A DNA stretch of 64,000 bases from positions 5,022,001 through 5,086,000 of the forward strand of contig NC_081331.1 of NCBI RefSeq assembly GCF_022539665.2. Direction: 5' to 3'. Shown piece by piece: positions 1 to 13,827 of the stretch (position 1 is its first letter; the number at the start of each line of letters is the position of its first letter). The notes below the pieces were generated by a model. That model was not told where the DNA came from and did no database searches. It saw only the letters and a list, made by a program, of their open reading frames with translations. The position numbers were made by a program, and so were the translations under genes. The stretch is from Daphnia carinata (lineage: Eukaryota).

Positions 1-1278
1 TGAACAGAGGGACTAAACACTTACTACAGCAGTAGGATGAACATTAGCAGTTGCATGAATGTAAACATCGCCTATTATTGTCGGCTGAACGCTTTTGGCT
101 AACCTTTCAGGTCTTCTTTCTCTGAAAAGCTGCGGAAGAATGAAAATAATGCCTCGTATTAATAAGAGTACTCTGTTATGAAAACAATAAAATGTGTGTG
201 CGCCAAATTACGTTGAGATAGTGTCGATTTGCATATATTGCCGCACCGGGAGTCTTTAACTGAGACCACCACTTGATGGTTTGATAAACAAGAGCTTTCC
301 CAGTCCCTGCCAATGGCATCAGAATTTCTTTTTCCAAGTACAACGCCTCCCTTTCAATACTGCTTCCGTTTTCCACACTTGAAAGAAGGAATGGCATAAT
401 TATTTGGAAAAATCCCTTTTGTAGGGGTTTCGGACAACTAGAAAAAACAGAAAAATTTAAACCATACTTGTAAAAGTCCATTTGTTTCTTATTGAACACA
501 TTGGCCATTTGATGGAAAACTTCTGGTGAGAAAATGTAGACTCCACAGTTGATCAATGTTGAGATAAATGTAGAAGGCTTTTCCACATAATGTTCCAATG
601 TGTTGTTTTCCTTGTTTTCTACTATGCAACCATATATAAGGCTCTGCTGACGTGTAGCTTCAGTTGCCATTAGAGTCACTATTGCTTTCTGTTTCTCTCC
701 ATGAGTTTTGTGAAATTCCAACATTTCAGTTAAAGGAAAATCAGCACAGACATCTCCATTCAACACAAAGAAAAAATCTGGATTCCCACAGCGAATTTGG
801 TCTCGAAAATGATATAAACCCCCTGCAGTTCCCAGAGGTTCAAATTCTTGAAGATACCTACATCCAACAGATGTGAAATTATACTGCATTGGTCCTGCAT
901 GTTATCATGTCTACCTTATATTTATCTTGTAAAGCTGAACCATATCTAGAACAAACTGGGACATTTCACTAACAGCATAATAGCCAAGAATGATGATTTC
1001 CTTTAAAAATGGGATTTGGACACATGCTTCAATATGGTGTTGTATTATGGGAAACCCAGCAACTGCAAATAGTGGTTTAGGGAGGTCCAAAGACAATGGG
1101 CGAAATCTTGTACCTAACATAAATAAACAATTTAAATAAAACCAATAAATGATCAATTAAGTTATTTATTTGTAGTTTGAAAAATGGATTAGAAATCGGG
1201 TATTACGATATTTCTTGCAAAAACTTACAATTTACCTTTCTGATTGCCTCCAATTAAAATTACAGCTTTAACCAACAT
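1..1278 (-). CDS. GMPPA: Mannose-1-phosphate guanylyltransferase alpha subunit; multi-exon, 3' end outside the window
   Basis: ATG at 1278 gives MLVKAVILIGGNQK, spliced to GTRFRPLSLDLPKPLFAVAG. Later exons give YLQEFEPLGTAGGLYHFRDQI, LNGDVC, YVEKPSTFISTLINCGVY, WWSQLKTPGAAIYANRHYL and IIGDVYIHATANVHPTAV (start of the beta-helix). These are typical GMPPA motifs. Confidence 0.93.
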
Positions 1279-1836
1279 TATAGCCAGGATATATCAAAGC
1301 AAGCTCCTCTGTTGGCGCACTGATTATTCAAGTGAAAGCTAAATGCCTGTTGCGCTCGTGCTACACCGTATACGTGGACAATTTATTCCGCACTTTCATT
1401 TATTACTGCTGTGTTGCTGTCTACTCTCTACTGCCCAGCTTTCACTTTATTACTAACATGCTGTGCGACGTAACCTGCTAGCCAAATTTTGATTCTATTT
1501 TTCACGGCAGATGGCATTGTTTTGTTTACATTTTCTACCCTTAGCGGACGGAACGTACAGAAAGAAATGAGAAAAAGTTTCCCGCCATGGCGAGTACGCA
1601 TCTTTCATTTTAAGGTAATAATTCCCGTCATTATTTATTTGTTTATTGTTAAATGGAGGAAAAACAAACAAACAAAAATTGTATAAAATAATGTAAGCAT
1701 TTTAACGGCTTCCATGGATAATCCTGTTGGGTTGTCCAGAAGGAATATAGGTGAAAGAAATCTGTGGGAAGAAACAAATCATTGTCTGTGTATACTAAAT
1801 CTTAGCATGTTGCATAGGGTTGAAGGACCTTTTAGC
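1279..1836. promoter_or_regulatory. Probable bidirectional promoter region between GMPPA and ERI1
   Basis: Head-to-head start codons about 560 nt apart. Contains CAGATGGC at about 1508 and a possible 5'UTR donor AAG|GTAATA at about 1615. Confidence 0.55.
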
Positions 1837-3193
1837 ATGCATGCCTACAGTGATGAAATTAAGGAAATAATGAGGACTGACACAGTTGAACCCCAGAATG
1901 AAGAAAAAACTGTTGAAGAAGAAAACACAGATAATGAAGTAGCAAATGGAGCAGCTGATGGAGAAACCAAAGGAACAAAGGTTAGATCCAACAGCATTCA
2001 TTTTTTAACACATTTATCTATTATTTTGTTCTTGGCTAGGAAAGGGAATATAGCCACCCAGTTTATAAACAAATAGCATTCTTAAATGGAAAAATCAACA
2101 GTTATTCAAAGGCAGAACTTATTAAAAATCTAAAGATGTTGAAACTTGACACTGATGGAAGCAGAAGTGTCTTAGCTAAAAGACTGAAAACGTTTTATAA
2201 GAAAACAATGTTGAACGTCAGTGGGATACAAGAAAAAAATGGGAACTCCAAAATCAGAATCTTATTTGATTTCTATGTCATTATAGACTATGAAGCAACA
2301 TGTGAGCTCCTCAGAAATTCAAATTTCAAGTAAAGTCAAATTGGGACAATATCTTCAAATAAGTATCCCCTCAAACATTCTTTTCATTTAAAGGCAAGAA
2401 ATTATTGAATTTCCAGCTGTTCTGCTTAATTGTCAAAAAGGTGAGGTGGAAGATGAATTTCGGTCCTATTGCCGGCCAGTTCTTAATCCGTTACTGACAG
2501 AATTTTGCATGGAACTTACAGGAATCACGCAGGTTTTATTTTTTAATAACGCTTATAGAACAATGACGTAAGTTTTTGTGGTGATTTTGTTTCATCCTAA
2601 CATTGTTGCTCAGGATGACGTCGATACCGCTCCTTTGTTTACTGAGGTTTTGACGTCTTTTGAAGAGTGGTTGCAAAAGAAGAAGCTTGGCACAAAATAT
2701 TCATTTGCAATTGTAACTGATGGACCATGGGACATGGGTCACTTCCTTAAAAATCAATGTGCAGTAAGTACTTAGATCAATATCTACATCTAATATTATT
2801 TCTCATACACCAATTTTTGTTTATCATTTCTAGCTCTCAAATATTGAGTTCCCTACCTACTGCAAATACTGGATAAATATCAGAAAAACGTTCTCCAATT
2901 TCTACAATACCGGCAAATTACCCTTAAGCACAATGATTCAGTTAATTGGCCGTGAATTTCAAGGAAGGGCACATTCCGGCTTGGATGACGCACGAAATAT
3001 CACGTTCATTGTTCAACGACTGTTGAAGGATGGAGCGCGAATAATTTTCAACGAAAAATTGGTTGAAGGCAATGCAAAGCGAAGAGATGATGGCAATCCT
3101 TTTTTTTCTGCTCCCGTACACCACACAGAATTTAAAGCTATTCAGGGGAAACATCGACCTAATTTTCCCCAAAGAAAATCATCAAAAGTTTAG
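1837..3193 (+). CDS. ERI1: 3'-5' exoribonuclease ERI1/3'hExo-like (SAP domain + DEDDh exonuclease); multi-exon, start codon uncertain
   Basis: SAP-like LKLDTDGSRSVLAKRLK, then IIDYEATC, EIIEFPAV, YCRPVLNPLLTEFCMELTGITQ, IVTDGPWDMGHFL and FQGRAHSGLDDARNI. Stop at 3191-3193. Confidence 0.88.
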
Positions 3194-3342
3194 TATTCTA
3201 GAATATGCTTAAATTGTGTTGATGAATACCCGTTTTATTGGTGATAAGCAAAGATACACGAAGAATTTCTGGATTTAGAGCAGACTTTTGAATTAACAAT
3301 TGAAACAACGTTTGTAGAGACTCTTTACACTTCCTTCCTTTT

Positions 3343-4500
3343 CTACATGGCACAATCAGTTAATCGGTACATCTGTTTTAGGTCACGGGGGTGTATCAAA
3401 TGCCGCCGCTTTGTTCTGGCACAGTTGTGATTTGACACACCTTTCAACTTATATTTACATTCCACCTTTGATTCTTCACGTATCAAAATGGAAGATTGTT
3501 GCTGCAAGGCAGGATTAAAGAAACATTCACTTTGAGTTATTTGGGCCAAATGAATTAGGAGCTGAACACATTCATCAATTTCTAGATAGGAATAGCCTGT
3601 CAAAATCTCCATCCCTTCTGGCCAGGTTGGAAGCAATCTGAATTGGAGCCGGGCAACTAAAATACAAGAGGCAGCAATGACTGAGGATTTGAAGTAGATG
3701 AAATTGACTTCAGTGAGAGTCAGATTTGCTAAGTACACAGCTTGACATTTCAAATTTTTAAAGCTGTTGGAATGGAGTCCTTCGGCACACTTAAGAAGAT
3801 CACAGGAGAGATAGTGCTCTAAGAAATCTAAGGAAGTTGAAAAATTAAGGTCCCATTTCCAGAAGTTAAGCAGCATCTACAAATAGATAAATTATAATGT
3901 TTGCTATTCACAGGAAGAACAATAATAATCAAACTTTGTACTCACCTTTTCCATTAATGAAAATTCATGTATTGAATTATGATGGTTGGTCAGAGATTGC
4001 AAATGTGAGAATTTTGGAACATTACTATCAACATCAACATATTTGGCTACACATTGAAAAAATATTAAAAAACACATGCTTGATTAAAAACAAAGCAGAT
4101 AATTAAGTAATCAGTTAATCATATTACCAGCAATCAAGAGACATGTGGACCCAGCCAACATAAGCTGTTGTTGATCAATTTCGTGGCAATCCATGAATAT
4201 GTCTAATAGATGAACTGCTAGGTGAAATGTTGAAAGAGACAGGCCGAGTTTGTCATTGAGCTGTTTGAGATTTTTTATTAAGTCTTGTCGAAAGGGTAAC
4301 TGGAACAAAAATGGTAGCATGATGAAGAGCTAATCCAATCAAGAAAAGAAACAGTAATGCATAAGCTAGTTACATACCTGAGGAGATCGTGCCTGGAACT
4401 GGTAATGGTAGAACCTTTCATTCTCTTTAAAACGCAGGAGGGCATAATACTCGTGGTTGTATGGAAACGTGTCATCATCACACGAATTGTGCCTAGCCAT
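3343..4500 (-). CDS. CCNJ: Cyclin J-like protein; multi-exon
   Basis: ATG at 4500 (MARHNSCDD..RFYHYQFQARSPQ). Cyclin box STFHLAVHLLDIFMDCHEIDQQQLMLAGSTCLLIA, then LLNFWKWDL..LDFLEHYL and SVIAASCILVARLQFRLLPTWP. The SPQ, HLAV..LD.FMD and L.P.W pattern fits cyclin J. Confidence 0.78.
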
Positions 4501-5436
4501 CTCTACAAATACCAACTTAAACACGAAACAACCTTTCAACGTCCAGCCTCGATTCACTGCAAATTTCCCTTTACCTAATACTTAATACAGAACACGTGGT
4601 TAAACGTAGCAGACGACTGCGTTTGACGAAAAAACATTTTGCTGAGTATAGGTCGGGCTCGTCCGAGGTGCACTGCGAGAAACCGAGAAACAAGTGGTTA
4701 CGTAAAAAGTCCCCAAATACAAGTGTTCCTACAACCTGTGTTCCTACAACAGAAATGAAAAAAAACACAATAAAATTCTACATACGAAAGCTTTCTGACA
4801 ACCCCTCCCTTAAATTAGCATCTTCACCTCCAAATCTCGTTTCTCAGCCTTGAATATTTTCTTTCACTTCAATAAGGTCATGCCTTTGCAAATTCTCTTA
4901 ACAAAAATGCATCGAAACAGAAGTTATACAGACACTCACATCAACGTAAGATTTAATATAACAATCTTTGAATAAATTGACTTTTGCGTGATAGTTTATG
5001 GTAAACGTCATGTTTCCAGGCCTATAACGATGCACGCCACCAGAAAAATGTACAGTTGTCGGTTTAAACATCTTTTTACTACTATTGTGCTAAATGTCAA
5101 ATAAGCAAAGAAATAAGAAAAGGGAAAGAAACATTTATTCGCACGAGCTAGTAAAAGAAGTACTACTGCCCTGCGGTGCGTAATTAATGCAACTAGAAAG
5201 GAAAAAGTGTCCGGATATCTCTTAAAAAATAAGCAAATAAAAATCAAGAAACAACAAAAAAAAAACCTGCAATATGTTTCGTCCTACACTCTAAGCACTT
5301 GACCACGATGACTGAAGTTGAACCAAATACAACTTTAAAAGAGAGTTAAATGCAACAAAACAAATAGATAACATTTTTTTCACAAGTTATTGAATGCGAA
5401 ACCTTCATTTCGTAAAATGACTACTATTCTTCTTCG

Positions 5437-7995
5437 CTATTCTAGTTGCGAAAGATGTTCGTGATGATTAGAAGAGAGCTTCGTGATGTCCACACTTTTA
5501 CTCCCTTGCGGGATAACGAACACTATAGCTAGCGCAATTGAAATGTGCCATATACTGTGAACATAAAAGTAATTGTCCTCCGTTTCGAGGAAAGCGAAAC
5601 AAACCAATCCAACAATGGCGAACAATAAGCATGGTAATACAGCCTTCAAACAGTAGGATTTGCCTGGGTAACACTTGTGCATGTGGCAGCTCTGGCGAGT
5701 CTGTTGATTACAATGATGTCCATTAAGTTAGACGATGGAGATCCACTTGTGACATAAATATGTATATGGTGAGAAAGCCTAGTTACCCAGCAGACCGCAA
5801 TGAGACCAAGGCCACAAACAATCGGTATGGTAAACGAGGCGAATGACGTCGGATTGTAATGAACTGCCATAGCTATGCCGACCGCCCCGGCAATACAAAT
5901 TGCGCTGGAGATCTCTTCACTGACACTGGGATTAGCTACAATAAACGCAGTTAACCAAACCGAGGTTAAGGCCGCGTAGAAATCGCCAAACTGAAGAACT
6001 ATATGGGGAACATTTAAAATAATATCATCAAGCACAATTGAAAATTTGTTCATTTTTTGTACCAGTATAAGGCATCAGACAAAAACTGAACTCCGGCTGA
6101 TCGCACGCGTGATAAAACTAAATTCCAATAGAAATTTAATAACGATTAGTAGCCTAAACCCAACGGCACTAACTGAATGACTGTAATCAATTTGTTACCG
6201 AGGAGAAAAACATCGTTACGAAATACAACATGCACTGCGAATAAAAGCCTCTTCGAAAGGCAAGGATGATCGCTGGAATGAAAAACAGATTGCTCAGTGT
6301 CAGGAGAAGGACGGAGGATAGAAGTATTGTGGTCGAAAGGGCGTTCGTACCATCACTACAACTCCAGCCAGCAAAACCTTTAAGATTAGATAATTTTCTA
6401 TGAATTGTAACTTGTTTTCTTTGCTTAGATTTCTTTTTTAATTTTTTTTACTAGGGAAGATAATATTACCACTCGAGCAAACACAAGCAGAATATATTAA
6501 TCCAGCAGAAAAATACTGGATACAGCGGCCGTGAGGCCCACAGGCACCTTCCTTACAGGGCGATAGAGAAACTTGAATTTTAACTGAAATGTTTCGCTGA
6601 CAGTCAGTCTCATTCCACCTATGATTTCGTGGAATTAATTTAGTTGATTTATTTCAAATAGCATGACTATTCGATATACCCTATGCAATTGGCGTAAAGC
6701 GACAAGTACCAAATGCCAGCAAGTGGATAAGGAACAATAACTGTGGCCTTAGGATTCAGGTCTGAGCTATTGGCGCTAAACCGGGTTCCGTTCAGGTTAT
6801 CTGGTGTTCCGTAGGTGAGATAGCCGAATATGCTACTGTTACTTTCACTCTAAAAATATAGGCTGAATTATCTATAAGCTTTATTTTCTAAAATTATATT
6901 TTATAAACCTCATTGAACCTTATATCGACTTGTAGAGTTCCTCCTATATCTACAGGGGAAAAAGTAGTCCAAGACAGAAGGGTCGGGAGATCATTGGATT
7001 CGAGATCGAGAATGGATTCCGTGCTAGCAGTAATATTGCCAGCCTCATTATCTTGGTCTAATATCCATTTGACATTGAGTGGTTGAGCATAGCTTTTTCT
7101 CACTAATCTGGAGGCAGTTTCTTCAACATCCCCGTTGACTATTGATGAACTTGCGTTGAGAGGAAGAGTTTCAACTCTGCCCCAAAACAGAGTGGTGCAT
7201 GATATTGTCAACCCCTAAATAGAACCAATTATTAATCGTTCGGTTAAATTTTCAAAGCAATAAGGCGTGAATTAGCTTTTTGTTGGATGCGCGTAACATC
7301 TTCTAAAACAAAAACAGCACCAAAAATAGCCGAGGAAGGTTTGCGAGGATAAATAGTCAACCGTTGTTCTAGACCGTCACTGAAGAAGTTTTCCTCATAG
7401 TCTACCGGTTGATAAATCCAAGTGAAATTGGGATAGCTGGCATTAAAAATATTAACGATAGGTAATCCATCGTGCCGGAGAAACCTAAGGAAATATGAAT
7501 AAATGGAATTGTTTAGTGAATTTCGAACCACCAACGAGAAATTCAACAAACTTACAATGTGACGTTAGTCCAAATACAACCTTTCGTGACATTTGCAAAG
7601 AATGAGAACACCAGAGGATAATCAGCATCAACTACTGGAATTTGAAGGAGCTGGCCATTTTCAAGACCGTCACCATAAGCACTCACACCTCTAGGTAGAA
7701 ATTCTTGAATGACACTGCATCTAACAAAAACACTCTGCACAGCAACTGCATAAGAAAAACTTCACATTTAAATTTAAACATCTAAAATATGTTAGAAATC
7801 ACTCAAAATAAAAAAGTTTATTATTTTTATAACACTATAAAATGTATGGTGCAAGAATGCAATGAACAATCATTTGTGTATCCATAATACTGTTTCCAAT
7901 ATTAGAAGCATTTCGTGTTCAAATATTACAAGGTAAATAAAACATGACTTACTGACATAAATGCAGAATGAAAGGACACCCCAATTACTGCTCAT
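5437..7995 (-). CDS. TMEM8/PGAP6-family membrane protein (signal peptide, luminal domain, EGF-like Cys region, DUF3522-type transmembrane domain); multi-exon
   Basis: ATG at 7995 with a hydrophobic N-terminus. Exons encode VIVPYPLAGIWYLSL, a Cys-rich CGPHGRCIQYFSAGLIYSACVC..GFAGWSCSD, LLLTLSNLFFIPAI, FYHACD, LQFGDFY and ETEDNYFYVHSIWH (CREST-type His motifs). Confidence 0.85.
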
Positions 7996-8736
7996 CAAAA
8001 CAGTCATACTTGACAAGCAGCTGATTTACAATTTGTAGAAAGAATAGTAATATTTTAACACCATGTCACCAAGTGAAGTTCCCTCTACATATTAAAACTG
8101 TAAATTTGCATTATACAAAATTAAGTTTTATTTACTGGAAATTAAGACACAGATGTAATGGTGAAGGGCTACAACAATACTGACCTGCTTGTTGACGTTA
8201 TTGTCAAGTACATTCTCCTTACTATTCCGTTTCCCAATAGGTATGAATGACTATGTATGACTCTGTAGAGCCATTTACAATTATTCTATCTACAGAAATA
8301 TCTCACCAGCATTTGCTATAACTTCCTGAATTACTATATACCATAGTCAAGGGCGACTGCATGCTTTCGTAAAAACGCTCGTAGCAGAAGACTACAAAGT
8401 ACCGATCAATGAAAGGTAAACATGGAACCAATTCACTAATCGACGTTGCAATAAAATTTATACAATGCAAAAAGTTTGTCAGTGACTGTAAGACAGAGAT
8501 CTACTGGTTTTCTGCCTCAATTTAAGGCCTAGGATCAAGCTAGTCAACGGAACATTAAATGTGTAACGGAATTTTTTTTTTTTTTTTTTCACATATGAAT
8601 AAAATGCATTCTTAAATAGGTGACATGGTAACTTTGTTTATCCCCCACTTCTCCCCTTCGGACCTCCGTATTGGCCAGCGACCAAACGTCAGCCATCACA
8701 ATTTCACACGGTTGACGAAAGATTAAGACGAAAGAA

Positions 8737-10877
8737 TCATGTTTTTTTATTTCCGTTCTCCTGATTGGGAATGATGTTGATCACGGGATCTGGACATTTT
8801 GTCCTCCTGAAAAAAAAAACATTAAATAGCAAAATAATTTTTTTTTCTTTCTTAAATGATACGCCGTGTTACGTGTTACCTATGGGCCCTGAGTACCGTT
8901 GCTTGCGTGAATGATTTACGACAAACAGGGCAAGTATGTGGTCGGATATTATTGTGGGATTTTTCATGACGAATAACATGTGATATATGCGAGAAGGACT
9001 TGCCACAAGTTCCACACATGTATGGTTTGTCCTTACTATGAGTTCTTTTATGAACTAATAGGTCATGGGCTTTGTAAAACTGTTTGTTGCATTCTTCACA
9101 CGTAAATCTGCGAATCATGTAGTGATCTCTTTTGATGTGCTCCTAAGAACAATAATGCAGGCTTACAGTTAATAAATTAAAAATCAAAGAAGAAACCTGA
9201 AACTGTTTTACTTGAAGTTGGCTCAGAGATTTGTATTCCTTCTTGCAATCTGGCTCGCTGCATGACAAAATCGTGCGTGGCTCGGGAGAATGGAATTGCA
9301 TTGTATGTTTCACGTATGTTGATTTCCACGCGAACGCCATGCCGCATTCTTTACATTGAAATTTTCTCAGTGAGGTTTCGTGAACACCTTGAGACAATGC
9401 AGCGTAAAAGTTAGAAACCAAGGAGTAAAAAAAATTCTTTGTACCCCAATGCTGTTTGTAACTCATATAACGACGAAACTGTTTCCCACATTCGAAGCAA
9501 ACGAGTTTGCTGATTTTGCTTATTACGTCTTCTATAGTTTGGCTAACTGTGTCTATCACCTTAGGGAGAACTAGATCCATACTGATAGGCGCATTATTCC
9601 CATGCTGGATCTCGCGCAACATTGAATCAATGCTATCCATGGCATCCAAAAGTTGAATTTCAGCGCATGGATTTTCATTAACGATAACTGCTTCTACTGG
9701 CTGGGCGTAAGATTTGCAAAGATAATTACTATAGTTCCATGGTTGTAGTGTATTTACAACTGTACTATACCTCTTTTGGAGACAACACACCTTTTTCTAT
9801 TTCTTTATGTTTCCTCAGCAGAGATTTCAGTGCAAAACTTTCACCACAATCTGAACAATAAAATTTTCGTTTTGCTACAACAGTAGGAGGGGTATCCAAG
9901 TCCCTGTTCTCAGCTTCGTGATAAATTTTGCAGTGATGTTTCAATAACTGCCAAGTCTTGCAAAGACGACCACACAAGGGACAGCGATGTAGATTTTTAT
10001 TGTCACCAACATGGATGTGAGCTTGGTGTGCATGTAGGGAATTTGCTTGGCTGAATCTAGATGATTCAGTTAGAACAATCAATGATAAAACATGAAGCAC
10101 AATTAGATTAATTAGTTTACATTGCATCAATGATTTTACCTTTTGTCACAATCTTGACATTTGTAGGGCTTGGCACCTGAATGGACTCTCAGATGGCGAT
10201 TCAAGTTTGAGGAATGAGAGAACTGTTGTCCACAAACAGGACAGAGAAAACTATGCAAACCGAAATGTCTAGAAATATGAGCTTTAAGTTCCGATGTTTT
10301 GTTATAGGCTTTTGTGCAAATAGAGCAGCTCAACACAGTTTGCCCTAAACATGCTCCTGATGGTATCATAGCATTCAATGCTGCTAATTTAACCTCATAA
10401 GGAATAGGCTGTAAAAGGCCAGTATCTGTCTTTTGCATTACTAGTTCACATGTAGTCCCTTAAAAAATTATGATACAATAGATTTTTTTCTTTTAGCACA
10501 GAAAAGAACTTAATAATAGTACCATTTCTGGATGTTTTGCCAACTTCATTTGGTAGAGGTGTAAGTATGACACCTTGTGAATCAGACAGCGTTACTTGAT
10601 TGGTCACCACTGAATTATCATTCAGCTCACTGCTACTGGGTTGCAGCTCATGTTCACGCCCCAGGTTGACTTCAAGGCTTATTCTGTGCTTCGAAACAAT
10701 CGTATGTGTTTCATCGTATGTGACAAGGAACAATTTATTGTATTCTGATTTCCCGTTCTCAGAACTACACCAAGAATCGTTTGAGGTTGCTCGCAAAGGA
10801 AGATTCCGAAGTATTGTATCAACACTACATCTATCTTCAGGAAAAGAATCCAACTCACTGGATTCATATGGCTCCAT
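8737..10877 (-). CDS. Multi-C2H2 zinc-finger protein; multi-exon
   Basis: About 11-12 CxxC..HxxxH fingers over ORFs 10136-10438, 9765-10130, 9143-9790 and 8876-9118, with HSGAKPYKC and HSKDKPYMC linkers. A last exon ends ..ENGNKKT-TGA at 8737-8739. Confidence 0.88.
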
Positions 10878-11490
10878 AATAAATTAGTTTCCTCATAACA
10901 AGCTTATAATAACTTTCTTTCATTTCTTTCTTTGATTATTTAGCGTGCCTACGATGAACACACAACTCCATGCGTTTGTTTATAACATGCTCTGAAGACA
11001 ACAAAAAGTTTCGTCTGCTGTCATTGTGCGCGTGACATCCAAAAATTGGAAACAAGACTAGCGAAAACTTGTAGGATTACAGCGAATCTTATCATCGCAG
11101 AAGAATACTTGTTGGTCGTTTCACATGCGCAACATTTCTCCATCGGTTGCAGAGCTCCGAGTCCGTGTCGACAGAGATGACGAGTTTATGGAGTACAGAC
11201 ATGCACATACTGAAACCATGATAGCCACCTACCTACATCCTTGCTAGCGGCAGTACTGGTGTAGTAGTACACAGTAAGGAAAACAAACATATTGGTATGG
11301 AAGAGGGTCACATAACTCGATGATTAGCTGCCTGCATCCATGAACCTAGTGGCCATGGGGATGCCAAATTGTCTTTGAAGATGATGACCGAAGCGATGAG
11401 AATGTAGAAATTTGCATAATCCGATGAGATGAATCTTGAATGTTGAGTGGTGGTGGGTGGGAGGAGAGCATGGAGGGCTTGGAAATTGGA

Positions 11491-11558
11491 GGTGGCGGGA
11501 TTTAAACCCGGTACTACAGAATATAAAGCGAGGGTGATAACCATTGTGCCAGGACCGC
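11491..11558 (-). pseudogene. Degenerate tRNA(Val)-like sequence or head of a tRNA-derived SINE
   Basis: Minus strand reads GCGGTCCTGGCACAATGGTTATCACCCTCGCTTTATATTCTGTAGTACCGGGTTTAAATCCCGCCACC. A-box TGGCACAATGG, B-box-like GGTTTAAATCC within a CGGG/CCCG stem, and TGGTTATCAC as in tRNA-Val. Acceptor and anticodon stems pair poorly. Confidence 0.45.
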
Positions 11559-12196
11559 ACATCACAACCAAATTTAGCTTTGGATGTCACTCATTGAATG
11601 AGGTAGCTTATGTACATAATAAGTGAGTGAAGTATGGCGCTGTAGCATTGTTCGCGGCTGCCATACTGATTTCACGGGTTCAAACCTCGAAGAATTATTT
11701 GATTATATATAATACTTTGAGTTTGGATAATTGAAGTCTGTATCGCCAGATTGTGCTAGTCTGATCCGTCTTTGTTTTGAAATTTGTAGGTGGACGAGGT
11801 GGCAGGATAGTAGAATCCGCCCTGCTGGTAATATTTCAAAAATTCAATGTGCATAGCAATCCCATAATGTTACGTCAACCTCCCTCTGGCGATTATGCAA
11901 AACTTACAAATATCTGTGTAGTGAATGCTTTCCATTATGACAAGTGGGTATAAGATGACGACCAGTAGATCAACCAGTGCACATGCTTGCCTCAGTATGG
12001 TTCACAGTTTAATGTGCCATCTACAAGGAGAGGAAAGCGAGTTTCTCAAAGTGTGTCATTGAGAGCCTTGTCAAAAAGTAAAAGGTACAATTGTTTCATT
12101 AGAGTGTCTTTACAATGTGCAATCAAATCTTCTGCTTTAAACGATTAGTTGGTTAAGAAGAAGCAGTACCGGTATGCGTTACCATAGCGACTGTTG

Positions 12197-13645
12197 ATGT
12201 CAACAAATAGGGCGTACTTTGTTTTTGAACGAACAATGGGAATCCGTAACTCGATCTTGCTGAAAGATGACGTTTGCGTTGGAATTGGGAAGCTTGCTGT
12301 TTATCACGGGTGAGACACAAATTAAAGTACACAACTGAATATTTGTTGTAATGTATCCATCGACTGACGATTGTTTGGAAAATTTACACATACGCACAGG
12401 AAAGAGAGCACCGGCAGTCATGTTGCAGTAGTACACCTTGACGCCGTCGAGTTGATGGTTTTGGACAAGAGGGGAAACGTCCAAAAACAACACGTGTTGG
12501 ACATTAACGAACTGATAGTTGATAAACCCGATGATATACAAGTTCGAAAGTTTGAAAAACAAACATTGAAGAAGTCATAGTTGAGACAAAAGACGGTCGT
12601 GTACAATCGAATACTTTTCTTTGGCAGGTATTGTGGTGCGACGAGGAGCCAACACTCGCAATCGCTCACACCAATCATCTACTGCGAGTTATCTTCGACT
12701 GCTCGACTAAAACGTGGAAAGCGGATATAAACAGGACGCTCGATGAGGAGGGATGGATCACCTCACTGGCCTCGATCAAAGGGTATATATACACAGGTAA
12801 GAGGGACAATTCAGGTGAACGACGACGAATTTTACAAACAACCCAAACCGTATTTGTTTCTTACTACAGGGAGCAACGAAGGTCTTTGGGAAATAGGCAG
12901 TCAAGACATGCCATCTCAAACCCAACTCGGTAAATTCCCAACCACGGTCATTTGTGTTTCCACAGAATACCTGGTGGCAGGAGACGAACAAGGAGGTATC
13001 GTCCTCTTTCAAGGTGAACCTGGCTGTTGGTCACACTCTCAACGTATTCAGGAGAAATCGTCAAACTGCTGCACCAGCATGTTAATCCTCGAAGCCAGAG
13101 GAGAGCACGGTAACTAATGGCCGATAGTCACGGGTTAGTACGGTGAAAATGGTACACATAAAATCAACGAACAGAATAAAAAAAATTTTATCGTAAAAAA
13201 AAAGAGGAATGGGAAAGGAAAGTTTTTTTTTTTTTTTCAATTTGGCTTGGAACAATATTGACCATTGTTAAAATTTCGTATCTTTTCAGTTTTGATCGCA
13301 GCTTTCAACACGGGATTCATCCGTGCCTACTTGCTGCCAACGATGGAATGCCTATCCGAGGTTGCAGCTCACATTCGCTGGATAACTCAGATTCTTCCGG
13401 TCAGAGGCGGTTTCATCTCGGCAGCAGAGGACGGTTTCTTACATCTCTGGATTCTAGGGAAAAGCAACGATCCCAGCTGGGATATGCGCTATATGAACAG
13501 CTTTGAAATGAAGGACTGCATGATCACAGGGGCGGCTCCTTTCATAGACAGGGGAGTGTTGGTGACGGCCTATGATCGACCTCAACTCTTCTGGCTAACG
13601 CTGGTCGGACGTCCAGAAGAAGACGAATCGTTGGAGGCTCTATAA
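12197..13645 (+). CDS. WDR54: WD40-repeat protein, WDR54-like; multi-exon
   Basis: ATG 12197 (MSTNRAYFVFERTMGIRNS) splices in phase 2 to KESTGSHVAVVH. The last exon, AAFNTGFIRAY..AAHIRWITQI..ISAAEDGFLHLW..ITGA..VTAYD, resembles the WDR54 C-terminus as I recall it. Confidence 0.72.
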
Positions 13646-13827
13646 TTTCTAAATGCTTTACAGGGTAAACTAATTCCCACTTGGGATGGAGTCGTCACTC
13701 GATGGGCCGCAATACACGCTTAACGAATCAAGAAATAATATGGCACACTTAATCATTTTCCAACGCAAAAAAAAATAAATGTAAAAAAAAGGGAAGAATT
13801 CGTTAACGTCAAAACCTTTCGGTACTG

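Noticed and set aside
4722..4750. Two-copy 15-nt repeat GTGTTCCTACAAC upstream of cyclin J, and CRISPR-like arrays in general
   Set aside because: Only two adjacent copies with no spacers; no repeat-spacer array seen anywhere in this eukaryotic window.
11636..11690. Second tRNA gene on the plus strand
   Set aside because: Only a B-box-like word; no convincing A-box or cloverleaf.
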